Of a stretch of 64,000 nucleotides of DNA, positions 1 through 9,200 are shown in pieces. Each line of letters opens with the position of its first letter. Position 1 is the first letter of the stretch. The stretch covers positions 1,056,001-1,120,000 of the forward strand of contig CAXXNF010000002.1 in NCBI GenBank assembly GCA_963666365.2, read 5' to 3'. A model generated the notes under the pieces. That model was not told the origin of the DNA, did not search any database, and worked only from the letters and a program-made list of their open reading frames with translations. The position numbers and the translations under genes are program-made. This stretch comes from Syntrophales bacterium. GTDB lineage: Bacteria; Desulfobacterota; Syntrophia; Syntrophales; UBA2210.

Positions 1-514
1 TGGAATCGGGCCGGAGATATTCAATCACCTTCTCTTTGCGGAGACGGGTGAGTTCTTCCAGCAAGCTATGGGAAAACATGATTGGGGCAGGCATCATATG
101 AGGAGTTGCACAGGATGCATAGCCGAACATCATCCCCTGATCGCCTGCTCCCTGGCTCTCGAAATATTCACGATCCACGCCCATCTTAATATCCCGGGAC
201 TGTCCATGAATGGCACTGATATAGTTAAACGTGTCGTAGCTGAACCCTTCAGAGGGATCGTCATATCCGATGTCCTTTACAACTTCACGCGCGATTTCCT
301 GTGCATTTATTTTATCCCAGTTATTACAGGATATTTCGCCGAGATTGACGACAAGGTTTGGGCCGACAGCGGTCTCGCAACCAACGTGCGCCCTGGGATC
401 CTGGGCCAGACATTCATCCAGAATTGCGTCAGAGATCTGATCGCATACTTTATCGGGGTGTCCCTCAGAAACAGATTCCGAGGAGTAAATGTGGCGTGTC
501 GCTAATTTGCTCAT
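1..514 (-). CDS. metK: S-adenosylmethionine synthetase, 5' part (runs off the window)
   Basis: Manual translation from ATG 514 gives MSKLATRHIYSSESVSEGHPDKVCDQISDAILDECLAQDP; GHPDK is the MetK signature. Missing from the ORF track because it is truncated. Confidence 0.95.
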   Translation of the reverse strand, partial: MSKLATRHIYSSESVSEGHPDKVCDQISDAILDECLAQDPRAHVGCETAVGPNLVVNLGEISCNNWDKINAQEIAREVVKDIGYDDPSEGFSYDTFNYISAIHGQSRDIKMGVDREYFESQGAGDQGMMFGYASCATPHMMPAPIMFSHSLLEELTRLRKEKVIEYLRPDS

Positions 515-572
515 GTCATTTTTCCTTTGCTGGTAGTGTGTGTAACATCAATCTTGCGTTCCCGTTTTGCGC

Positions 573-604
573 AAAAAAAAGCCCGCGCCAAAAGGCAACG
601 GGCT
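573..604 (-). terminator. Intrinsic terminator in the metK leader
   Basis: Minus strand AGCCCG-TTGCCTTTTGGCG-CGGGCT followed by a T run (8 T in total), between the riboswitch and the metK start. Confidence 0.8.
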
Positions 605-620
605 CATTATCAAAATGCCG

Positions 621-674
621 CCGGCCTTTAGCACATTTATTAAGCGGAGCAATTAACCTTGTAAATCACCGCAT
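621..674 (-). ncRNA. SAM-II (SAM-alpha class) riboswitch
   Basis: Minus strand GCGG-UGAUUU-ACAAGGUUAA-UUGC-U-CCGC-UUAAU-AAAUGU-GCUAAA-GGCC matches the SAM-II core (UGAUUU...UUGC...AAAUGU.GCUAAA) and lies upstream of metK. Confidence 0.85.
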
Positions 675-682
675 ATGGGGCC

Positions 683-710
683 TATATACGAATGTAGTAT
701 AAAAAGTCAA
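683..710 (-). promoter_or_regulatory. sigma70-type promoter for the riboswitch-metK transcript
   Basis: TTGACT-N16-TATATA on the minus strand, directly upstream of the aptamer. Confidence 0.6.
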
Positions 711-770
711 TACTTTTATTGTACAGGCAAAGAAAACGGGACCGTCTTCCCCTGCACCGTCTAAAGCGGC

Positions 771-807
771 AAATAAAGAGTCCCTCCTTCGGAACAAAGG
801 AGGGACT
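771..807 (-). terminator. Intrinsic terminator of the 91-aa gene
   Basis: 11-bp stem AGTCCCTCCTT/AAGGAGGGACT followed by CTTTATTT on the minus strand. Confidence 0.65.
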
Positions 808-888
808 ATTGTCTTGATGTACCTTGTAGGTGAAGCCGGCGCCGCCGGCAGGGTCTAGTATTTTCCCCGTCTCATCCAGACTTTCTCT

Positions 889-1164
889 CTAGCTGACCAG
901 GGCCTTCAGCGCATCCACCACCGGGGCCGTGAAGAGCGCCACCAGCACCGCGTAGAGCGCGAAGGAACCGACGGCTTCGCTCATGTAGATCTTGGAGTAT
1001 TTATGCTTCAGCGAGGTGATGATCAGACCGCCCACCACCAGGCAGCCCAGCTGGAAGTAGGGGAAGTTCCCCGCCGTCGATGCCACATACTCGGCAAAGC
1101 TGAAGGATGCCGTAATCAGAACCACGAAGACCGCCATGATCAGTGTCTGAAGTGTCCGTTTCAT
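889..1164 (-). CDS. Small membrane protein of unknown function
   Basis: 91 aa with a signal peptide-like N-terminus and two hydrophobic segments, purine-rich RBS and strongly C/G-ending codons. Confidence 0.8.
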   Translation of the reverse strand: MKRTLQTLIMAVFVVLITASFSFAEYVASTAGNFPYFQLGCLVVGGLIITSLKHKYSKIYMSEAVGSFALYAVLVALFTAPVVDALKALVS

Positions 1165-1212
1165 ATCCTTTTCCTCCTTTTGGTGTGTTCGTTTGTCTTT
1201 GCCTTATGATAT

Positions 1213-1228
1213 AGGAAGAACCGTGCCA
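1213..1228 (-). promoter_or_regulatory. sigma54 (-24/-12) promoter
   Basis: TGGCACGGTTCTTCCT compared with the consensus TGGCACG-N4-TTGCW, about 50 bp upstream of the 91-aa gene. Confidence 0.6.
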
Positions 1229-1420
1229 AAGCGGGCATCCGTTCATAATATTTTTTATATGCTCGTTATTATTGATGATATTTGATTAAACCGGAACGGG
1301 GACGGACGCAAACTCGGGAGCGTTGCACACCCCCATTCGATGAAATGTGAAACACCGTTGAACGAAATGTCCAGAGGAAACCCTTCATTTTTTCACTCGC
1401 AGCATCATCGGCGACTGCCC

Positions 1421-2647
1421 CTACTGTGATTCCTTTCTTTTCTTCAGTTCCAGGGCGGACTTGAGCCCTTTTTGTCGTATCACTTTGATCTTCTGCCGCG
1501 TTTCATTGAGTTTGAAGAACCTCTTTCCGTATTTGCGAAGCAGCTTCTTGTTGATTTCAAATCCCAGGCCGGGTCTGGTGAACGGCGCGAGCATTGCGTT
1601 TTTATCCGGAAGAATCGGGTCGATGATCCCCTCTCGCTGTTCGGGCACCCAGGACGGCTCCTCCAGAGGGTACTCCAGTGGAAGCTGATTGCCCCGGTCG
1701 GCCAGTACCATGTTCCAGTTGATGTAAAACCCGATGCCGTTGGTCCACGTGTGGGGTGAGTATTCCCGGCCGTAGGCGTGACAGGCGTCAATCACCTTCT
1801 TCACCTGCGCGATCCCCCCGGCAAAGGTTGCATCCGGTTGATAAATGTGGAAGCAGTCCTTCTCCAGCATGATCTTTATTTCGTCCCACCCGTAGTTGAG
1901 CTCGGCGCCGGAGATCTTGACCTGCGAAAGTTTTTTCAACGCGGCGTTGCCGTCGTAGTCACGCGAATCCAGCGGTTCCTCAAGCCAGGCGATATTGTTT
2001 GCGGCGCAGACCCGGGCAAACTCACTGGCACGATTGAGATCCCATGGGGGGATTTTATCGACAATGGTCACCAGCCATCCCTGATTTGCGTCCATCCCCA
2101 GAGTGAGCGCGTCCCCCATCCCCTTTTTGATCACCTCGATATGACGAATGTCATCGGCAAGGGCCCGATTTTTCACCCGCAGCTTCGCCGTGCGGAATCC
2201 GCGCTCCTTCATTGCCAACAGTTCCTCCACTCGTTTTTCCGGCTCGTGCATCTCCCCGGTGGAGCAGTACACCTCGATGGTCTTGGCTTCACCGCCCAGG
2301 AGTTCGTACACGGGCTTGCCCTTGCTCTTGCCAATGATGTCCCAGCAGGCGGGTTCGATCCAGAAATTGCGCCATCCCAGGATGCCGGCCTGTCTGAGCA
2401 GATTCTGAACGGACTCGATATCCGTCGGATCCGCTCCCAGAAGGTACCCGCCGATCAGATCGCCCAGCCCCTCCCTCTCGAAACCGAGTGCGGTGCCCGC
2501 CGAATAGCCTTCAATCCCGTCATCAGTAACCAGCTTGATGAGTGTGAAACCGTTGTGGGTCTGAGGATAGCCGGGAATCCAGGTGGGCCAGAACGTCTGT
2601 TTTAATGGAACCTGTACGTGATAAAGTTCGATGGTTGAAATTTTCAT
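1421..2647 (-). CDS. Mandelate racemase/muconate lactonizing enzyme family (enolase superfamily)
   Basis: KxR motif (AKLRV), metal ligands DANQ, WLEEP and GAE, QPDA motif; AAGGAG RBS before MLMKISTIEL (start 2653 or 2647). Confidence 0.88.
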   Translation of the reverse strand: MKISTIELYHVQVPLKQTFWPTWIPGYPQTHNGFTLIKLVTDDGIEGYSAGTALGFEREGLGDLIGGYLLGADPTDIESVQNLLRQAGILGWRNFWIEPACWDIIGKSKGKPVYELLGGEAKTIEVYCSTGEMHEPEKRVEELLAMKERGFRTAKLRVKNRALADDIRHIEVIKKGMGDALTLGMDANQGWLVTIVDKIPPWDLNRASEFARVCAANNIAWLEEPLDSRDYDGNAALKKLSQVKISGAELNYGWDEIKIMLEKDCFHIYQPDATFAGGIAQVKKVIDACHAYGREYSPHTWTNGIGFYINWNMVLADRGNQLPLEYPLEEPSWVPEQREGIIDPILPDKNAMLAPFTRPGLGFEINKKLLRKYGKRFFKLNETRQKIKVIRQKGLKSALELKKRKESQ

Positions 2648-2660
2648 GAGCATGCTCCTT

Positions 2661-2819
2661 TCATTGACGTAACTCAGCCGCGACCGGAAGCGCATGAATA
2701 ACTTCGGCGATATCGACATGGCCGTCACCGTTGATATCCATTACCGATTCAATCCCGACGGAATTCAATCTTGCCGTCGCCTGCAATGCGACTATGGTTT
2801 TGGCATGTCTCTTGACTAA
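2661..2819 (-). pseudogene. Orphan dockerin/EF-hand-like C-terminal remnant
   Basis: Open frame with no start at its 5' end: ...IVALQATARLNSVGIESVMDINGDGHVDIAEVIHALPVAAELRQ*; contains a DxNGDGxVD calcium-loop motif. Confidence 0.45.
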
Positions 2820-3125
2820 TCATTCTATATTAGATTTTGCAGTTTTAACAGCGAGATCTCTGTCTTTAGTATACATCCACCATTGTGGTTGTGTCGTGTG
2901 CGGACCTGTCTCTTTTTTCTGCCCTCGACAATAATACCAATCGCCGAATCTCTCGACAGTAGCAAACGGGTGTTGGCCGGTGCAGATAATGCTGCATGTT
3001 CGAATCTGCTTGAAAAAAATTGTTTCTGCAGGATCTTCCTCGCTTGTCAGCTCATCGGGCACGACAATGTGTGAAACATCAATGCCTTCCGCTTCCTTAT
3101 CATCCAGCCATTCTGAAATCGTCAT
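2820..3125 (-). CDS. Hypothetical protein
   Basis: 101-aa ORF with a GGGGGA RBS; no recognised family. Confidence 0.7.
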   Translation of the reverse strand: MTISEWLDDKEAEGIDVSHIVVPDELTSEEDPAETIFFKQIRTCSIICTGQHPFATVERFGDWYYCRGQKKETGPHTTQPQWWMYTKDRDLAVKTAKSNIE

Positions 3126-3232
3126 TTATCCGTTCCCCCCTTCAGTGTTCCGCATTTTATTCCGATACCTACTATAGAACATTACAGGATAAAGTTTAAG
3201 TTTTGCTGGATTTCAGGACGATGACAGCAAAA

Positions 3233-6200
3233 CTACACTGGACTAAGCCGAATTGGCGCCACGATCACCTCTACGAAATGTTCGCTATGATCATCCACCA
3301 GAGGAATCGTATGCTCCCTTTGCACAACCCCGTCGAGGGTCATACTCCTCTCATCTTTGCCCACCTGTCCCTGCACAATCTTTATATGGTAGATGGTTTC
3401 TCGGTATCGGTAGTGCATTGTGTAGCCCTCCCAATCGGCAGGGAGACAGGGTTCGATATGCAGTGTATCTACTTCGAGCTTCAGCCCCAGAAGTGATTCC
3501 ACGATCAGCCGGTACATCCACCCGGCTGCTCCCGTGTACCACGTCCATCCGCCACGACCCATGTGGGGCGGGACTGCATAGACGTCAGCCGCAACAACGT
3601 AGGGCTCGACTTTGTACGTTCCCATACCTTTAGCTGATCCCCCATGATTCACAGGGTTTATCATGGTGAGGAGTTCCCATGACCGTCTGCTGTCACCCAT
3701 GGCAGCAAAAGCCATGGCGGCCCAGATGGCCCCATGGGTGTACTGCCCGCCGTTTTCCCGAACCCCGGGAACGTACCCCTTAATATAACCGGGATCTAAA
3801 TCCGACTTGTCGAAGGGCGGGTCAAGAAGCTGGATCAACTTGTAGTCCCTCCGCACGAGGTGCCTATCCACTGCGTCCATTGCCCGTTGTGAGCGCGTAA
3901 GACTCCCCGCCCCCGACAGAACAGACCAGCTTTGCGCAATAGAATCGACACGGCATTCAGGATTGACCGCTGAACCGAGGGGCGTGCCGTCATCGAAGAA
4001 GGCCCGGAGGTACCATTCACCATCCCAGCCATTTTTCTCGATGTTCCGCCTCAGGTTGCCTGCTTCTTTCTCACATCGCTCGGCGAAGGACGGATCTCCA
4101 TGCATACGTGCGATCTCAATGAATCTCATGAGCACTTCATAGAGAAAAAATGCGAGCCAGACACTTTCGCCTTTGCCGTCTTTACCCACCATGTTCATGC
4201 CGTCGTTCCAGTCCCCGGAACCGATGAGCGGCAGGCCATGTTCGCCAAATCTGAGGCCCCTCAGGATAGCCCGGACACAGTGATCGTAGAGACTTGCCGT
4301 TTCTTCAGAGCTGCCCGGCAGATCGTAATAGGAGTCCTCATCTGCGTTGACCGGACGTCCCTTAATGAAGTGGACGGGTTCGTCCAGCACCCCTTTATCT
4401 CCGCTGATCAGAACGTAGCGGTATGTCGCCAAAGGCAGCCAGAGAAAATCATCCGAGCAATGGGTGCGCACGCCCCGGCCCGAAGGTGGATGCCACCAAT
4501 GCTGGACATCTCCTTCAGGGAACTGGCGGGATGCACTGAGGAGGAGATGCTCCCGTACCAGGCGCGGTTCGGTATGGATGAGGGCCATCACATCCTGCAA
4601 CTGGTCACGGAAGCCGAAGGCGCCTCCTGACTGGTAGTAACCGCTTCGCCCCCAAAGACGGCACGCCAGAGTTTGATATAAAAGCCAGCCATTGGCCAGG
4701 ACATTAATTGACTGATCCGGCGTTGCCACCTGGACTGCGCCGAGGGTGTGATTCCAATACTCCCATACTGCCTCAAGCGCTTCGCGGGCCGCAGCAGGCC
4801 CCCGGAAGCGGTATGCCAGGTTGACGGCGTCATCTGCATCCCGGCCTGCACCCAAGGTGAAGACGATCTCGCGCTCTTCCCCTTCCGCCAGCTCAAAGGC
4901 CACCTGTAGTGCTCCGCATGGATCCAACGCGGCCCCCACCTTGCCGGAAAGCTTTGACCTCGCCATGGCAGCGGGATTGGCCAACGTTCCGTTGCGCCCG
5001 AGGAATTCCGTCCGGTCGCCGGTTATCGTCCGGGTTGCGTCGTCCACATTAAAAAAGGCCGTTCGGTTGCCGAACTCAGCGTGGTAAGGATTACGTGCAA
5101 AGAGGGCACCGCTTCGAGGGTTAATCTCGGTAATGACGTGCATGGCCGATTTGGGCCTCAAATCTCCCAGCACCCATTCCGCATATCCCGTGGCAGAGAG
5201 TTGTCGTGACCGGCCTGACTGATTACGGACTTTCAGCACCGTAAACTTGACGGCAGCGTCCAAGGCCACGTATACCCACACCTCTGTACTGATACCGCGC
5301 TCGGTGTGTTCGAAGACGCTGTAGCCGAATCCGTGACGGGTGACGTAGGGTGTGGGTCCGCGGCTTGGCAGCGGCATGGGAGACCAGTAGTGGCCGCGCT
5401 CTTCATCGCGAATATATAATGCTTCCCCGCGCGAGTCGCTGACAGGGTCGTTGTGCCAGGGAGTGAGGCGAAACTCGTGGGCATTTTCGCTCCAGGTATA
5501 GGCACAACCGCTCTCTGAGACAACGGTTCCGAAAAACCGGTTTGCAATCACATTCACCCATGGCGCCGGCGTCACCTGCCCTCGGGCGGTTGAAATGACG
5601 TACTCCCGGCCATCAGGAGTGAATCCTCCCAAGCCGTTCCCAAATATCAGATCCTTGCGAGGCTGTGCCGCTATTGCCGGGACATCGCCTCGTGTGGTCC
5701 TGGGTGGCACAGGGGCCGGCACCATTCCTTCCGTAAGGCCCTGCTGCTTAAATTGATCAGCGAGCGTTCCCCTTCGGTCCGTGATGATGACGCGAGCAAC
5801 CGCCTGGAACATGACGCGGTCCTCCTTCGATATCTGGTCGGAAGTTCTTACGAAAATTCCTCCCGGGCGATCGGTCACGTTGGCTTCCGTACCTGCCGCG
5901 ATGAGCCCCATGATCTGATCGTGCAGAAGTTGACGGTACCCGGCGTGGTCTTCGTTCCAGATTACCAGGTCAACCGCCAGTCCTTTGAGACGCCAGTACG
6001 CGTGAGCCTGAACGAGTTGCCGCACCAGGTTGATGTTGGCCGGATCTTCAATCTGCAGCAGCACGATAGGGAGATCGCCTGAAATCGAGTAGCCCCAGAG
6101 GCCGGATTGACCGCGACGGTTCTTGCTGAGGGTCCCCGGACCGGCACGCAGCGACGAATTCGCGTATATGATGGAGGCGGCAAGACGTCCATAAAGCTGG

Positions 6201-9200
6201 GCATCGGCTTCCGTGGCATTGATCTGCTGCAGCAGCACCTGGCTATGTGTCCACGCCAGATCAAAGACACGCTCGGCGATATGCCGGTCCTGGTATTTTC
6301 CGACAAGGTCCATGCAGGCATCGCGGGTTTCGGTGATACCGGTGACGACAATGATGGTTGCCGATTTTTCAGGATCGAGGGTTATGTGATATCGGATCGC
6401 TGCAATCGGATCGAGCACCGAGCCCTCACTGCCCGAGAGCCTAGTTGAACCGTTCATCGCTTCCGGATCGGCAATAGTGTTCCCTCTGCCGATGAACCGC
6501 ATCCGGTCAGTCTCGTAGGTTACCTCACCGATCTTGGCCCCGTGTACAGCCATGAGATGAAGCATCCATGGTGCTTGTTCTTCAAGGGAGCGGGGGCGTC
6601 GTGTGCAGAGTATTGCACTGCGCTCGCTGATGATCTCGGTCTGGACAAAGAGATTGCTGAAGGCCGGGTGCAGAACCTCTTGAGCGAGCGGTGCAAGAAC
6701 AACTTCGACGTAACTCGTCAGCTCGATCGTTCTACTCGTCTGCGCCTGGTTGGTGATAGTAATTCGGCGCAGTTCGATGTCATCCTCAGATGAAACCGCA
6801 ATTTCTGTATGGGTGTCGAAGTCCTGATCCCGGCGGCGAAACTCTGCCCGTCCTTCAGAGAAAATTGCCTCGTACTGCATCGAAGCCTTGAGTGTGGGTT
6901 GGTATGCCGTTGACCAGAAAGCACCTGTTGCGGGGTCTCGGATATAACAGAATGTGCCCCAGTTATCGCATGTGCTGTCTTCCCGCCACCGCGTCACCGC
7001 CAATTCTTTCCAGTGGGAGTAACCGCCGCCTGCATGTGTGATCATCACGTGGTATCTGCCGTTCGATAACAACTGTACTTCCGGCATGGGTGTGTCGGGC
7101 CTTGCATAGACGCGTATCGGCATCTCTTCTAAGGCATTTAAGACTGTATGAACATCGGCAAGATCGGTCGTGTGCGAATAGAAGGCCGTGGCCTTTGGCA
7201 CCCGCTCCTGAAGCAAAAGCATAATTGCCTGAAACGAGGGGTCAGACTCGAAGCGCCGCTGCATGGGGCGGTTGAGGAGCAAAGAAGCCAGAGCGAGGAG
7301 GCTCATGCCTTGATGATGGGCCATGAATGAACGAACCACCGCACTTGATTGACCGCGGGGCAGATGTGAAGGGGTGTAATCAATGGCTTCATAAAACCCA
7401 TATTTCCCCTCAAAGCCCTGAGCGGAAAGTTCCTCGAGATTTAGACAGGCCTCTTCAGGCGCCACCATGAGCGCCAGCGTCGAGGCATAGGGGGCTACAA
7501 CCAGATCCCCGGCGAGCCCCCGTTTAAGTCCCAGGCCGGGCACGCCGAAGGGGCCGTACTGGTAATTGAGGTGGCCGTCAATCGTGTTATGCCCTGATTC
7601 CGAAACGCCCCAGGGCACACCCCGCTTTTTTCCATATTCGATCTGTCGCGCCACCGCCGCCTTATAGGTCTCGTCGAGCAGCGTATGCTCATAGGTGGGC
7701 ATGACGAGGAGAGGCATGAGGTATTCGAACATGGAGCCGCTCCAGGAAAGGAGAATCGGCTCTCCGGCGATGGACGTAAGGAGTCGTCCCAAGGCAAACC
7801 AGCTTTCCTGCGGCAATTGTCCCTGAGCAATGGCGACAAAACTGGAGAGTCTCGCCTCAGATGCCAGCAAATCATAGTAACTCGCGTCCCGTCGGTTTTC
7901 GCTGACACTGTAGCCGATAGCCAATAGATGGCGGGTCTCGTCATAGAGGAAGTCATACTCGCTACGGGCAAGTTCACCGGATTGCGATACAAGGTCTTCA
8001 ATAACTCCGATTCTCGCCCTGGCACGGATGCGTGCCTCTGTAATGGCCCCGCGGAACTCGTCGAGCTGCCTTTGCTCCTCCGGCGACCCGTCGCGCGGCT
8101 CTGCCGCTTCAGTCAAGAACTCATTGTCAATATCGGCTAATGTGCGCAGCGTCGGCATTTCTCCTAGAATCGGGATGTTGTCCTGCGCCTTGCGAGAAAA
8201 CGGACACACGGTCCAGGGCGCCAGAAAGGTCAACTCATCGAGGGCGGCCCGGCACTGGCCGACAAAGGCCCGCGCCCACCATGCGGCCTGGCTTTCGGGA
8301 TCGGCGTCAACAACATAAAATCCCTGAACCATTTCCAGGGCAGACGTGGCGAGGTTGCTCAGGCTCGCCTGTGCAACCTCGAGCGTGGCCGGCTGGGAAA
8401 CACACAAAGACGCCAAATCGTCCTGCAATTGAATGAGCCGGACTGGGGCAGTTTCTCCGGCAACGTCCATGAGAACCCTCAGCGTATCGAGGAGGCCGTC
8501 AAATACCTTGGACCCCATTATTTTCTCGTCGGGGAGTGAGGTGAGCCCTGCCCGCAATGTCAACAGATGTGCCGCAAGATTTCCGCTGTCCACCGTCGAA
8601 ACATACATGGGCAGCAGCGGTTTCAGAGATTCCGTATCATACCAGTTATAGAAGTGTCCCTTGTGGCGCTCCATGGCGGCCATCGAACGGAAGGCGCTCG
8701 CCGTACGATCGAGAAGTTGTCCTGCTGAAATGTAGCCGAAATCCCAGGCTGATAAATTGGCAAGGAGTGCAAGCCCCATGTTGGTCGGCGACGTACGATG
8801 CCCAATTTTGGCAAGGGGATGTTCCTGAAAATTATCGGGCGGCAGCCAGTGATCCTCAGGACCGACGAAAGCCTCGAAGAAACTCCAGGTCTTTCGGGAA
8901 ATCTTTCTTAGAAAGGTGATCTGGTCTGAGCTGAGCCTGGCTTCGCGACTCGTAAGCGGTTCGCTGATCCACCACGCTATTAATGGGGAGATAATCCAGA
9001 GGCAGAGAACCGGCAGTGCAACAGCCAAAGTCTCAGGCCTTGAAAGTGCCAGATCTGTCGCCGTTGCAACGGCAATGACCGGGGATATCCACATGGTCCG
9101 GCAGGTACCGGCCAGACCTTTACGCCTTGAGCGATCGGAGTCGCCCGACGGGTTCCATTCGAGAAGCCGCTTGTTCCCGACGAGCATTCGCCAGAGGGTA

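Noticed and set aside
68..505. Plus-strand 145-aa ORF and the many other antisense ORFs in the track
   Set aside because: Shadows of well-supported genes on the opposite strand (here metK), with no motifs or RBS.
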